DNA of 64,000 bases from Mustelus asterias. Taxonomy: Eukaryota. The position numbers and the translations under genes were made by a program. The number at the start of each line of letters is the position of its first letter. Position 1 is the stretch's first letter. Shown one piece after another: positions 1-13,129 of the stretch. The notes under the pieces were generated by a model. It did not search any database. It saw only the letters and a list, made by a program, of their open reading frames with translations, and had not been told where the DNA came from. The stretch is from contig NW_027590120.1 of the NCBI RefSeq assembly GCF_964213995.1, positions 1,798,001-1,862,000 of the forward strand, written 5' to 3'.

Positions 1-148
1 ATCCATTTTCCCCCCAGGGTGTGTAGGTTAGGGAGATTAGTGGGGTAAATAAGTTGGGTTATGTTGTTGGGGCCTTGGTGGGATGCTCTGTCGGAGAGTT
101 GACTTGATGGGCCAAATAGCCTCCTTCCGAGCTGTGGAATTCTATGAA
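1..148 (+). mobile_element. HE1/V-SINE 3' part with HER1-LINE-like tail
   Basis: gtgtaggttaggg...gacttgatgggccaaatagcctcctt...ttctatga, same tail as 12850-13022 and 62240-62335. Confidence 0.6.
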
Positions 149-149
149 T

Positions 150-335
150 ATATCTATCCTGGACTGACAGTGATGACTTTTGTAAATTCCCTTTGCAGGA
201 TATTGGAAAGGAGGATTTACAGCAAGAAAACACAAACCAAACATCACGTTGAGATCTGACAGTCACTCGGATCATTAGGAGCTGATTGTTATTGTCTTTG
301 AACAGGGAAGGAGAATTGTTTGTTCTGTCTGTGAC
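150..335 (+). pseudogene. Orphan relic of ZNF exon 5' cassette (acceptor ttgcag|gatattgg, exon start 199), no finger array follows
   Basis: Homologous to the acceptor cassettes at 6180-6380, 24240-24420, 28800-28990. Confidence 0.6.
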
Positions 336-789
336 AATACACAAACAGGCCATTCGGTTTATCGAGTCTGTACTGGAGTTTATACTCCACATGAGTCTCC
401 TCTCATTCTGATCACCACATCTCAGCTTTTCACTTGATTTTTCCAATCCCTTTTCTCTCATAAGCTCATATATTTTCCTTTTGAAAGCATCTAAAGTATT
501 TGTGTCAACCACTTCCAGTCGCAGTGAGTTCCAAATTCTAACAACTGTCTGAAGAAAGAAACATCTCCTATTTTCCTGTCTGATTTATTTGTTGTCTGTT
601 CATGGTTCCCAGTCATGGAAAAACCAACAAGTGGAAACATTCCATTCACATCTACCTACTTATCCCATTCAGAAAGCCCGTATCAGAAGAGACAACATTT
701 TCTCTTGGTTTGAGCTTGTGGTGTGTAAATCCTCCCTTTCTAACCCCCTGGAACAAAAAATATCCAAAATCCATCACGATAGAAAATCC

Positions 790-2720
790 AGGTACAAGTA
801 ATTCAGAAAGCTATTATTTGTTATGAGGGGAATGGAGTAAAAGCAGTGAAGTTATGTTTCAGTTGCACACGGTGAGTCTGTATCTGGAGCAATGTTTACA
901 TTATCGATTTCCTTATTTAAGGAAAAATATAAATGCATTAGAAGTTCATAGAAGGTTTAGTCGACTAACACCTGGAATAGGTGGATAGTCTGATGAGGAG
1001 CAGTGAGACAGTCTCTGCTCGAGTTTAAAAGAGTAAGAGGCAACTTAATTTAAACCTTTCAGATCCTGAAAGGTCTTGGATGTGGAGAGGAGTCATCGAG
1101 GTTTATAGCATGGAAACAGGCCCTTCAGCCCAACTTGTCCATGCTGCCCCTTTTTTTAACCCCGAAACTAGTCCCAATTGCCCGCATTTGGCCCATATCC
1201 CTCTATACCCATCATACCAGTGTAACTATCTAAATGCTTTTCAAAAGACAAAATTGTACCCGCCTCTACTACTACCTCTGGCAGTTTGCTCAAGACACTC
1301 CCCACCCTCTGTATGAAAATATTGCCCCTCTGGACCCTTTGTATCTCTCCCTTCTCACCTGAAATCTATGCCCTCTAGTTTTAGACTCCCCTACCTTTGC
1401 AAAAAGATATTGACTATCTAGCTGATCTATGGCCCTCATTATTTTATAGACCGCTATAGGATCACCCCTATGCCTCCTGCGCTCCAGAAAAAAAATTCCC
1501 AGTCTATCCAGTCTCTCCTTATAACCATCAAATCCCAGTAGCATCCTCGTAAATCTTTTCTGCACTCTTTCTCGTTTAATAACAACCTTTCTATAATAGG
1601 GTGACCAGAACTGCACACAGTATTCCAAGTGTGGTCTGACACAAGTCTTGTACAACTTCAACAAGACGTCCCAACTCCTGTATTTAATGTTCTGACCAAT
1701 GAAACCAAGCATGCCGAATGCCTTCTTCGCCACTCTACCTATGAACCTGTACCCCTAGATCTCTTTGTTCTGTAACTCTCCCCAATGCCCTACCATTAAC
1801 TGAGTAAGTCCTGTCCTGGTTCAATCTACCAAAATGCATCACCTCGCATTTATCAAAATTAAACTCCATCTGCCATTCACCAGCCCACTGGCCCAATTGA
1901 TCAAGATCCCGATGCAATCCGAGGTAACCTTCTTCACTGTCCACTATGCCACCAATCCTGGTGTCATCTGCAAACTTACTAACCATACTGCAAACTTACT
2001 AACCATGCCTACTAAATTCTCATCCACATCATGAATATAAACGACAAATAACAGTGGACCCAACACCGATCACTGAGGCACACGGCTGGTCACAGGCCTC
2101 CAGTTTGAAAAACAACGATCTACAACCACCCGTCTTCTGTCATCAAGCCAGTTTTGTACCTATTTGGCTACCTCATCCTGGATCCCGTGAGATTACCCTT
2201 ATGCAACAACTTACCATTTGATACCTTGTCAAAGGCCTTGCTAAAGTCCATGTAAAGAACATTAACTGCACTGCCCTCTTCTAACTTCTTGGTTACCCAT
2301 TCAAAAAACTCAATCAAATTTGTGAGACATGATTTTCCACTCCAAAGCCATGCTGACTGTTTCTAATCAGTCCTTGCCTCTCTACATGCCTGTAGATCCT
2401 GTCTCTCAAAATACCTTCCAACAACTTGTTGGAAGTGTTGTTTACTCTTATGGGAGAATCTCGGGGTCACTGTTTAAACAAGTGTTGCGCATAGAGACAG
2501 AGATTAGATATTTTTCACACAGTGGGTCGTGAATCTTTGGATCTCCATTCCTCAAAAGTAGATATATATCTCTTGGGGCAAAAGGGATATTATGGGGGGA
2601 TGGGTGGGACAAGGGTATTGAATTTGAGGATCAGCCATGACCATAATGAATGGCAGGGAATGTTCAAAGGGCTGAATGGCCTCCTTCCGCTTCTATTTTC
2701 TATGCATGTTTCTATGTAAA
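790..2720. mobile_element. Old + strand CR1-clade LINE 3' fragment interrupted by a younger minus-strand CR1/HER1 LINE fragment (~1090-2430)
   Basis: Minus ORFs 1290-1733 (RPHLEYCVQFWSP) and 1735-1986 (KFADDT) are the RT C-terminus; flanks are degenerate same-clade sequence. Confidence 0.85.
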
Positions 2721-2754
2721 CATGAGGAGCTTGGGGCTGAAGTGTAACCAAAAG

Positions 2755-3990
2755 GCCATAAGACATAGGAGCAGAATTAGGCCACTCGGCCCATCGAGGC
2801 TGCTTCACCATTCAGTCATGGGCTGATATTTTTCTCATCCCCATTCTCCTACCTTTTCCCCATAACCCCTGATCCACTTATTAATCAAGAACCTATCTAT
2901 CTCTGTCTTAAAGACACTCAATGACCTGGCCTCCACAGCCTTCTGTGGCAAAGAGTTCCACAGATTCACCACTCTCTGGTGGGCCAGTGGGCTGACGAAT
3001 GGCAGATGGAATTTAATTTCGACAAATGCGAAGTGATGCATTTTGGTAGATTGAACCAGGACAGGACTTACTCAGTTAATGGTAGGGCGTTGGGGAGAGT
3101 TACAGAACTAAGAGATCTAGGGGTACATGTTCATAGCTCCTTCAAAGTGGAGTCACAGGTGGACAGAGTGGTGAAGAAGGCATTCGGCATGCTTGGTTTC
3201 ATCGGTCAGAACATTGAATACAGGAGTTGGGACATCTTGTTGAAGTTGTACAAGACATTGGTAAGGCCACACTTGGAATACTGTGTGCAATTCTGGTCAC
3301 CCTATTATAGAAAGGATAGTATTAAACTAGAAAGAGTGCAGAAAAGATTTAGTAGAATGCTACCGGGACTTGATGGATTGAGTATAAGGAGAGGCTGAAT
3401 GGACTGGAACTTTTTTCTCTGGAGCGTAGGAGGCTGAGGGGTGATCTTATAGAAGTCTATAAAATAATGAGGGGCATAGTCAATATCTTTTCCCAAAGGT
3501 AGATAGTCAATATCTTTTCCCAAAGGTAGGGGAGTCTAAAACTAGAGGGCACAGGTTTAAGGTGGGAGATACAAAAGTGTCCAGAGGGGCAATTTGTTCA
3601 CACAGAGGGTGGTGAGTGTCTGGAACAAGCTGTGGGTACAATTGTATCTTTTAAAAAGCATTTAGATAGTTACATGGGTACGATGGGAATAGAGGGATAT
3701 GGGCCAAATGTAGGCAATTGGGATTCGCTTCAGGGGTTTTAAAAAAAAGGGCGGCATGGACAAGTTGGGCCGAAGGGCCTGTTTCCATGCTGTAAACCTC
3801 AATGACTCTGGCTGAAGAAATTCTTCCTCATCTCTGTTTGAAAGGAACATCCCTTTAGTCTGAGGTTGTGCCCTCTGGTTCTAGTTTTTCCTACTAGTGG
3901 AAACATCCTCTCCATGTCCACTCTGTCCAGGCCACGCCGTACCCCGTAAGTTTCAATAAATTCCTCCTCAACCTTCTAAACTCCAACAAG
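2755..3990. mobile_element. Nested CR1/HER1 LINEs: + copy 2979-3808 inserted in a minus copy (2755-2978 and 3809-3990)
   Basis: ORF 2979-3398 is RT C-terminus; host element resumes after ctctgg, which is present at both junctions. Confidence 0.85.
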
Positions 3991-4159
3991 TACAAAAGCC
4001 GTGTAACCGCTTCAGGTAAATATTCCGGATGCCACCTCTCATACTGAATATGTACATGACCCATTAACTTCTCTCGGCTGCAAACGTGAGGTGCAGCCTG
4101 GGAGTGGGTGAAGCTGTTTGAAAATCTGATGCTCAAATTTAGTCATGTTTCCGAGCACT

Positions 4160-4800
4160 AGGACCCGGTGGGAGCAGAAACACAAAGACCCGCCCCCTCA
4201 CGGTTGCGTCACCAAAACACCAGCGCATGCGCTCTGCTCCCTGCTCAATCAAGATGGCGGCTGTTAACCTGAGCTTTGTCTCGGGAAAAAGACCTGAAGC
4301 TGCAAACACGGGACCTACGGGCTCATATTCGATGTTTGAGGCCTTCAACAGGTATTTAGAAACCCTCTACGTCCATCCGCCGGTTCCATTGCTCCCTCTA
4401 TGTTTCTGCATCCTTACCGGCTGCTGATGAGACACAGGAACTTCTCTCCAGTCGCTGTCACCCGCACTGCGCGTGCTGCAAACGCCTTTGCTTACCGCGC
4501 ATGCGCACGTCTCCCATGCGTGGAACAGGGAACTCTTCCGATTGGTCCGGAGCTGCGCATGTTTCAGGTCTGCCCCTCATTCACTCCGATTGGTTGGAGG
4601 ACCAGCCGCTCCCGCTCGGTCCTCCAGTCCCGCCCTCTCTTCCGATTGGTTCGGAGCTGCCGTCAATCAGTCCCCTGGGCATTGTGATGTGGAGCATGCG
4701 CAGTGTCATTGCTGTCCTTGGCGCTTGTTTGTCCCGGAGAAGCGGAGTCAGCGTTAGGCGGTGGCTGGGAGGATTTGGAAACACTTTGTGGATCCGCAAA
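4160..4800. promoter_or_regulatory. CpG-rich composite promoter of ZNF at 6601; putative exon 1 ending at CAG|GTATTT (4351)
   Basis: GCGCATGCGC NRF1 sites (4223, 4497), YY1 CAAGATGGCGGC (4250), TTGCGTCA, several ATTGG boxes, GC boxes, palindrome 4595-4626. Confidence 0.75.
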
Positions 4801-5123
4801 CCCTTCAGAATCATTGTCAGCTCCCTGGTTTGCAGCTGCGGGGCTTCTCCCTCCCTCCCTCCCGGGAACAGGCCCAGGTTAACGGCCCCATCCTGGCTCA
4901 GCCACTGGAGGATGGTTCACATCAGAGGATGGGGGAGGGGGACAATAAATAAGAGGTTACACTTTGGCCTCAAATCAATGAGGACTCTGATCTCTGGGAA
5001 GGAAGGAAACCCTGGGAGGTGGGCGGGGAGGATTCACAAACACCCGCTGGAGGCCCCAACATCCCCAATAAGACCCATTGGTTTTATTGTCAGTCTGCAG
5101 ACAGCAGCTGGAGAACTGAATCC

Positions 5124-6003
5124 ACAGTAAGAGTTTTAACAACACCAGGTTAAAGTCCAACAGGTTTATTTGGCAGCAAATGCCATGAGCTTTCGGAGCA
5201 CTGCTCCTTTGTCCGATTGAGTGGATATCTGCTCTCAAACAGGGCATACAGAGACAGAAAATCAAGTTACAGAATACTGATTAGAATGCGAATCTTTACA
5301 GCTAATCAGGTCTTAAAGATACAGACAGTGTGAGTGGAGGGAGCATTAGGCACAGGTTAATGAAATGAGTATTGTCTCCAGACAGGACAGCCAGTGAGAT
5401 TCTGCAAGTCCAGGAGGCAAGCTGTGGGGGTTACCGATAGTGTGACATGAACCCAAGATCCCGGTTTAGGCCGCCCTCATGTGTGCGGAACTTGGCTCTC
5501 AGTTCTGCTCAGCGACTCTGCGCTGTCGTGTGTCGTGAAGGCTGCCTTGGAGAATGCTTACCCGAAGATCAGAGGCTGAATGCCCATGACCGCTGAAGTG
5601 TTCCCCAACAGGAAATGAATGGTCTTGCCTGGTGATTGTCGAGCGGTGTTCATTCAGCCGTTGTCGTAGCGTCTGCATGGTTTTCCCAATGTACTATGCC
5701 TCGGGGCATCCTTTCCTGCAGCGTATCAGGTAGACAATGTTGGCCGAGTTGCAAGAGTAGGTACCGTGTACCAGGTAGATGGTGTTCTCACGTGAGATGA
5801 TGGCATCCGTGTCGATGATCCAGCACGTCTTGCAGAGGTTGCTGTGGCAGGGTTGTGTGGTGTCGTGGTCACTGTTCTCCTGAAGGCTGGTTAGTTTGCT
5901 GCGGACAATGGTCTGTTGGAGGTTGTGCGGTTGTTTGAAGGCGAGAAGTGGGGGTGTGGGGATGGTCTTGACGAGATGTTCGTCTTCATCAATGACATGT
6001 CAT
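5124..6003 (-). mobile_element. Penelope-like element 3' fragment (GIY-YIG endonuclease remnant plus terminal repeat)
   Basis: Minus translation SCNSANIVYLIRCRKGCPEA*YIGKTMQTLRQRLNEHR...VGEHFSGHGH; terminal repeat shared with 20014-20812, 44389-44866, 47014-47740. Confidence 0.85.
5176..5232 (-). ncRNA. Decayed hammerhead ribozyme, family 1 (PLE terminal repeat)
   Basis: CAAU-CGGACAAA-GGAGC.AGU.GCUCC-GAA-AGCU-C-AUGG; core mutated. Confidence 0.6.
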
Positions 6004-6600
6004 TGATCAGAACTGAATCCAGACAGAGGAGAGGGAGGGAGGGAGAAAACTGGGAATGGAGGAAAAGAATGTTGGAGATGATGAGATGGGTTTGGATTTC
6101 AGCCCAGGGAGGAGGGTGAGTGTGTGGGATGGGGATTTACAGATTTGGGGGAACAAGCGGAAAAAATGTTCCAGAGAAACTAGAATTGTCTGTTCAGAAT
6201 TTCGATCCTGGACTGACAGTAGTTTTGTTATCTTCTTTTGCAGGATATTTGAAGGGGAAGATTTACAGACTGGAAACTCAAATCAAATTTCATACGAATA
6301 TTTTACAATCATTCGATTTATCAGCACCTAAACTCAATTAGCCTTTGAATGTGGAAGGAAAAATGTTTGTTCTGCCTGTGGGAAAAGATTTCAAACATCA
6401 GTGTGACTGGAGAAGCATCGAGACACATGCACACACTGGAGTGAGACTGTTCCAGTGAACTGACTGGAAAGAGCTTTACCCAGTTACGCAGCCTGAAAAA
6501 CATCACACCATTCACTGTCAGGTGAAACCGTACACGCATTCTGTGTGGACGAGGATTTAACAGATCATCCAACCTGGAGAGACACAAAGACACCAGCACC

Positions 6601-7824
6601 ATGGAGAAACAGTGGAAATGTGAAGACTGTGGAAAAGTATGTAAAACCCCATCTCAGCTGGAAATTCATCGACGCAGTCACACTGGGGAGAGACCATTCA
6701 GCTGCTGTATGTGTGGTAAAAAATTCGCACAGTCATTTAGCCTGGTGTCACACCAGCGAGTTCACACTGAGGACAGACCTTTTAAATGCTCTGACTGTGG
6801 GAGCAGTTTTAAGAGTTCTGAGGGTTTAATTCAACATCAACGGGTTCACACTGGCGAGAGACCATTCAATTGCTCTCAATGTGGGAAGAACTTCAGGCAA
6901 GTATCTCACCTCACTGAACACCTACGTGTTCACACTGGGGAGAAACCGTTCACCTGCTCCATGTGTGGGAAGGGATTCACTTGTGCTTCCCACCTCACTG
7001 AACACAAGCGTGTTCACACTGGGGAGAGACCATTCAGCTGCTCTCAGTGTGGGAAACATTTCAGGCAGTATTCCACCCTCACTGAACACAAGCGTGTTCA
7101 CACTGGGGAGAGACCATTTCTTTGCTCCTTTTGTGGGAAAGGATTTGTTAAATCATCCCATCTTCTCAGACACCAGCGCATCCACACTGGAGAGAGACCA
7201 TTCACCTGCGCTGAGTGTGGGAAGAGATTCACTACAACATCTCACCTCAGTGAACACCAGAGTCTTCACACTGGGGAGAAACCTTTCACCTGCTGCTTAT
7301 GTGGCAAGGGATTCACATGTTTATCCTACCTCAGAAGAGACAAAATTGTTCACTCCGATGAGAGACCCTGTAAGTGTTCTGACTGTGGGAAGAGGTTTAA
7401 AAGCAGAAATGAACTGATGAAACACCAGCCTCTTCACACAGGGGAGAGACCGTTTGCTTGCTCTGTGTGTGGGAAGGGATTCACTCAGTCATCACAGCTC
7501 AGCAACCATCAGCTTGTTCACACTGATAAGAGACCGTTTAAATGCTCTGACTGTGGAAAGAGCGTTAAAAGTGCAGGGAATCTGCAGAGACACCAAACCA
7601 CCCACACTGAGAGAGGCTGTTCAGCTGCTCTTCATCTGGGAACTGATTCACTACTTCATCCCAAATCACTGAACACCTGCGGGTTCACACTGGTGGGAGG
7701 CCATTCCTCTGATTTGAGTGTGGGAAGGGATTCACTGTCATCCAGCCTGCTAAAGCACCAGTGCACCCCCACTGAGGGAGCATGTTCACCTGCTCCGTGT
7801 GAGACAAGGGATTCAATCAGTTAA
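6601..7824 (+). CDS. C2H2 zinc-finger protein, 12 fingers (finger 9 has H>D), frameshifted tail; decayed fingers continue to ~8505; exon acceptor at 6243|6244
   Basis: CxxC-x12-HxxxH repeats with TGERPF linkers in the ORF translation; no KRAB/SCAN/BTB visible. Confidence 0.88.
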   Translation: MEKQWKCEDCGKVCKTPSQLEIHRRSHTGERPFSCCMCGKKFAQSFSLVSHQRVHTEDRPFKCSDCGSSFKSSEGLIQHQRVHTGERPFNCSQCGKNFRQVSHLTEHLRVHTGEKPFTCSMCGKGFTCASHLTEHKRVHTGERPFSCSQCGKHFRQYSTLTEHKRVHTGERPFLCSFCGKGFVKSSHLLRHQRIHTGERPFTCAECGKRFTTTSHLSEHQSLHTGEKPFTCCLCGKGFTCLSYLRRDKIVHSDERPCKCSDCGKRFKSRNELMKHQPLHTGERPFACSVCGKGFTQSSQLSNHQLVHTDKRPFKCSDCGKSVKSAGNLQRHQTTHTERGCSAALHLGTDSLLHPKSLNTCGFTLVGGHSSDLSVGRDSLSSSLLKHQCTPTEGACSPAPCETRDSIS

Positions 7825-8754
7825 GCAGCTTTATTTCACATCAACTTGTTCAGACCGAAAAATACATGGTTTTGATGTTCTGATTGTGACGAGATTTAAA
7901 AGTGCAATGGATCTGCTGCAACACAAGCACAACACTGAGCAGAGGCTGTTTACCTGCTCCATGTGTGGGAAGGGATTCACTCAGTCATTGTATCTCAGTG
8001 AACATCAACTTGTTCACAATGAGAAGAGACTGTTTAAATGCTTGGACTGTGAGAAGAGGTTTAAAAGCTCCCTCCCTAACAGCACCGTGTACCTGTACCA
8101 TTGGGATTGCAGTGATTGAAGAAGGCAGCTCACCACCACCTTCACAGAGTAATGAGGAAGGAGCAATAAATGCGGGCCTGAGCATTTGAAAAATGGATAG
8201 AAGTCATCGGTGATTTTTCACTCAGTTATTAAGAAGCAACAGTTTAGATATGATACATAAAAGACAGACAACCTGTAATAGGTAAGATCCCGGATGAAGG
8301 AAATACTGATCTCCGCTGATCGCTGGAGGTGATATTCTCCTCGGAATGGGATGTGGACAGAGATGCCCACATCCTGTAAATTAATATGAAAAAAGTAATC
8401 TGCTGAGACACCAACCCACAGATACTGGAGAGGCCTTTTACCTGCAGTGTGAGAGAAGCAATTTATTCTCATTCACCCTGCAGACACACCAGTGAGATAA
8501 TAAGTGATTCCAGGGGTTGGATTCTGCTTTAATCACATCCGGGACTCAACTGTGTTCATTCTGATATTTGGAGGGTTTTTTTCAGTTGACGTTAATAATC
8601 CCTGGAACTGGGCTGGAGTTTAATAATCTGTATATAATTAAATCAGCTTTGTGACAAACTCAGTGTTGGAGTCCTTGATTTCACTGAGAGGAGACTGATT
8701 GATGTCCTGTTACTGACTGTTCCATTGTTGGGTCTTTTTTCCTTTTTTAATGGA

Positions 8755-9050
8755 AGATTTATATTTATAATAGCACCTTTCACAACTTCAGGATGTCCCA
8801 AAGTGCTTTTACAGCCAATGAAGTTCTTTGAAGTGTAATCAATGCCTTAGTGTAGGAAATGCAGTCCCCAAATTATGCACAGCAAGATCCCACACACAAA
8901 TGTGATTGTGAGCAGAGAATCTGTTCAGTGATGATTGTTGAGGGATAAATATTAAGCAATAAACTTCTCCGCTCTTTGGAATAACATCCTGGGAAATTTT
9001 ACACCCAACTAAGAGGGCAGATGGGGCCATGGTTGAAGGTCTCATCTGAT
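8755..9050 (-). mobile_element. Deu-domain SINE (SacSINE1/AmnSINE-like) 3' part
   Basis: Reverse complement ends ...cattggctgtaaaagcactttgggacatcctgaagttgtgaaaggtgcta...; smaller piece at ~18585-18680; family from recall. Confidence 0.6.
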
Positions 9051-9690
9051 TTTCAGGGATGGGTAATAGGATCCTTTACCACAGTCCTCATATTTCCACG
9101 ATTTCTCCAATGTGGCTGTGTCAGTGGTTTTCCAGATGGGATGGATAATTGAATCCTTTACCAAAATCCTCACATTTCCATGGTGTCTTCATACAGCCAG
9201 AGCTCTTGTGTCTCTCCAGGTTGGACAGTCAGCGCCGTTCACATACAGAATAGGTTTACTATCGAGTCCCCCGCTGTCACTGGAACAATGTTTTTTTTCA
9301 GGTTGTGAAACTAATCAAAACTCACTTCACTGCAACACCCAGGTGTATATCTCGGTGCTTTTTCTAATCACACTGATGTTTGGAAGGTTTTTCCACAGAT
9401 TGAATCTGGAAAATGAAGTTTTTCTCCATCCTAAGGCTGATGATATTCAGATCCTGATGAATAATATGAGGGTATCAGATCTTGATGTGATGTTTGATTT
9501 GAATTTCCTGTATGCAAATGTTCTTTTAATAAATTCCGTAAAAGGAATTTTAAAATGTAACCAGTGTCAGTCCAGCATTAAGATGCAGAACAGACAATTC
9601 TAGCTTCTCTGGAACATGTTTCTGTCTGTTGTTCCTCCAAATCTGTAAATACCCATCCCACACACACTCCCTCCTCCCTGGGCTGAAATT
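9045..9690 (-). pseudogene. Truncated ZNF pseudogene with mutated acceptor
   Basis: Minus translation MKTPWKCEDFGKGFNYPSHLENH*HSH; upstream cassette ctagaattgtctgttctg present, acceptor AG changed to GG near 9537. Confidence 0.75.
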
Positions 9691-10141
9691 AAAATAAAGT
9701 TATGGATAATTATTTCTGTATGCTTTTAACAAATTTGGTATAGAATGATGTCCAAAGAGATGGATCAGCATAAGCTCATTTAATAATAGAGCTTGATGGC
9801 CGAATGGCCTACTCTGGCTCCTATTTCCTATTTCCCATGATCTTGTGTTCTCAAGTGTTATATATCAACTTATTAATTGTCACGAGTGTTGCCTGTATCT
9901 CCATTATTTTTTACCATTTACCTATGTGAACTGCTGGTGTGTATCAAATGGAATGTGTACTGTACTTTCATTGCACTATTGGAGTTTTACAATGTTTATG
10001 CCATTGTGGGATATCTTCTGAGAAAGGTGATGAATTAAAAGTAACAAGTACAAGGAAAGATTTACAACATACAAGCTGTCAACGGCAGGAACAAATCAAT
10101 CCTTGCATTGTGTTGGCTGCTGGCTGCGGAATATAATTGGG

Positions 10142-10421
10142 ACATACACACTGGGCAGTGCTGTACAGTGTAATAGGGGCACACACACTGGGCAGTGCTG
10201 TACAGTGTAATAGGGGCACACATACTGGGCAGTGCTGTACAGTGTAATAGGGGCACACACACTGGGCAGTGCTGTACAGTGTAATAGGGGCACACACACT
10301 GGGCAGTGCTGTACAGTGTAATAGGGGCACACATACTGGGCAGTGCTGTACAGTGTAATAGGGGCACACATACTGGGCAGTGCTGTACAGTGTAATAGGG
10401 GCACACACACTGGGCAGTGCT
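10142..10421. repeat. 37-bp minisatellite, ~7.5 copies
   Basis: ctgggcagtgctgtacagtgtaataggggcacaca(c/t)a at 10151, 10188, 10225, 10262, 10299, 10336, 10373, 10410. Confidence 0.95.
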
Positions 10422-10422
10422 A

Positions 10423-12850
10423 AAGGGACTTTAACTTTGCAAATATTGACTGGAAAAGCTATAGTTCGAGTACTTTAGATGGGTCAGTTTTTGTCCAATG
10501 TGTGCAGGAGGGTTTCCTGACACAGTATGTGGATAGGCCAACAAGAGGCAAGGCCGCATTGGATTTGGTACTGGGTAATGAACCAGACCAGGTGTTAGAT
10601 TTGGAGGTAGGGGAGCACTTTGGTGATAGTGACCACAATTTGGTTATGTTTACTTTAGAGATGGAAAGGAATAGGTATATACTGAAGGGCAAATATTATA
10701 GTTGGGGGAAAGGAAATTATGATGCGATTAGGTGAGATTTAGGATGCATAGGTTGGGGAAGGAAACTGCAGGGGATGGGCACAATTGAAATGTGGAGCTT
10801 GTTCAAGGAACAGCTACTGGGTTTCCCTGATAAGTATGTACCTGTCAGGCAGGGAGGAAGTGGTCGAGTGAGGGAATCGTGGTTTACTAAAGAAGTTGAA
10901 TCTCTTGTGAAGAGGAAGAAGGAGACTTATATAAAGATGAGACGTGAAGGCTCAGTTAGGGCGCTTGAGAGTTACAAGTTAGCCAGGAAGGACCTAAAGA
11001 GAGAGTTAAGAAGAGCCAGGAGGGAACATGAGAGGTCTTTGGCAGGTAGGATCAAGGAAAACCCTAAAGCTTTCTATAGGTATGTCAGGAATAAAAGAAT
11101 GACTAGGGTAAGATTAGGGCCAGTCAAGGACGGTAGTGGGAAGTTGTGCGTGGAGCATGAAGAGATAGGAGAGGCGCTAAATGAATATTTTTCGTCAGTA
11201 TTCACGCAGGAAAAAGACAATGTTGTCGAGGAGAATACTGAGATACAGGCTATTGGACTAGATGGGATTGAGGTTAATAAGGAGGAGGTGTTAGCAATTC
11301 TGGACAGTGTGAAAATAGATAAGTCCCCTGGGCCGGATGGGATTCATCCCAGGATTCTCTGGGAGGCTAGGGAGGAGATTGCAGAGCCTTTGCCTTTGAC
11401 CTTTATGTCGTCATTGACTACAGGAATAGTGCCAGAAGACTGGAGGATAGCAAATGTTGTCCCTTTGTTCAAGAAGGGGAGTAGAGACAACCCTGGCAAT
11501 TATAGACCAGTGAGCCTTACTTCTGTTGTGGGCAAAGTTTTGGAAAGGATTATAAGAGATAGGATTTATAATCATCTGGAATGGAATAATTTGATTAGGG
11601 ATAGTCAACACGGTTTTATGAAGGGTAGGTCGTGCCTCACAAACCTTATTGAGTTTTTTGAGAAGGTGACCAAAGAGGTGGATGAGGGTAAAGCAGTTGA
11701 TGTGGTGTATATGGATTTCAGTAATGCGTTTGATAAGGTTCCCCACGGTAAGCTATTGCAGAAGATACGGAGGCATGAGATTGAGGGTGATTTAGCGGTT
11801 TGGATCAGGAATTGGCTAGCTGTAAGAAGGTGGTGGTTGATGGGAAATGTTCATCCTGGAGTTCAGTTACTAGTGGTGTACCACAAGGATCTGTTTTGGG
11901 GCCACTGCTGTTTGTCATTTTTATAAATGACCTGGATGAGGGCGCAGAAGGATGGGTTAGTAAATTTGTGGATGACACTAAAGTTGGTGGAGCTGTGGAG
12001 TGCAGAAGGTTGTTGCAGGTTACAGAGGGACATAGATAAGCTGCAGTGCTGGGCTGAGAGGAGGCAAATGGAGTTCAATGCGCAAAAGTGTGAGGTGATT
12101 CGCTTTTGAAGGAGTAACAGGATTACAGAGTACTGGGCTAATGGTAAGATACTTGGTAGTGTGGATGAACAGAGAGATCTCGGTGTCCATGTGCATAGAT
12201 CCCTGAAAGTTGGCACCCAGGTTGATAGGGTTGTTAAGAAGGCGTACGGAGTGTTAGCTTTTATTGGTAGAGGGATTGAGTTTCGGAGCCAGGAGGTCAT
12301 GTTGCAGCTGTACAAAACTCTGGTCCAGCCGCACTTGGAGTATTGCGGACAGTTCTGGTCACCGCATTATAGGAAGGATGTGGAAGCATTGGAAAGGGTG
12401 CAGAGGAGATTTACTAGGATGTTGCCTGGTATGGTGGGAAGGTCTTATGAGGAAAGGCTGAGGGACTTGAGGTTGTTTTCGTTAGAGAGAAGGTTAAGAG
12501 GTGACTTAATAGAGGCTTACAAGATGATCAGAGGATTAGATAGGGTGGATAGTGAGAGACTTTTTCCTCAGATGGTGATAGCTAGCACGAGGGGACATAG
12601 CTTTAAATTGAGGGGTGATAGATATAGGACAGATATCAGAGGTAGGTTCTTCACTCAGAGAGTAGTAAGGGCGTGGAATGCCCTGCCTGCAGCAGTAGTG
12701 GACTCGCCAACATTAAGGACATTTAAATGGTCATTGGATAAACATATGGATGATATTGGAATAGTGTAGGTTAGAGGGGCTTTAGATTGGTTTCACTGGT
12801 CGGCACAACATCGAGGATGAAGGGCCTGTACTGCGCTGTTATGTTCTATG
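10423..12850 (+). mobile_element. 5'-truncated CR1/HER1 LINE (end of APE domain, RT, 3' tail), frameshifted
   Basis: ORFs 10502 (LDLVLGNE..SDH), 10775 (KSPGPDG, NYRPVSLTS, QHGF, YMDFSNAFDKVPH), 11800 ([10 protein letters not shown]), 12161; tail gttatgttctatg. Confidence 0.95.
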
Positions 12851-13022
12851 TGCAGGTAAGGTGGATTGGCCATGCTAAATTGCCCTTTGGTGTTTGGAGA
12901 GGGGGGGGGGGGGAGGGGTGGTGGCTAGCAAGGTGAATGCATGGGGTTGTGGGGATGGGGCCTGGTGCAGACTTGATGGGCCAAATGGCCTCCTTCTGCA
13001 CTGTCGGGATTTTATGATTCTA
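12850..13022 (+). mobile_element. HE1 SINE 3' half
   Basis: ggtggattggccatgctaaattgccc...tgcagacttgatgggcc...tatgattcta. Confidence 0.7.
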
Positions 13023-13129
13023 GAGGAACAGACCTTGTATCCAGAACTGACTGCGTGGAGATTTTCTTAGAGCAGCCAAACAAGAGGAAAGGTTTCCTGC
13101 TGCTGTGCTGAGAATCCAGATTGCACTAA

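Noticed and set aside
4501-5130. 209-aa ORF with a near-identical copy at 39319-39864
   Set aside because: GC-rich promoter sequence; similarity reflects recent DNA duplication, no recognisable domain.
10062-10410. Cys-rich repetitive ORFs, and the 37-bp repeat as a CRISPR-like array
   Set aside because: Pure tandem repeat with no unique spacers; ORFs are artefacts of the repeat.
10423-12850. Autonomous active LINE
   Set aside because: 5'-truncated with frameshifts and stops; no full-length LINE or PLE occurs in the window.
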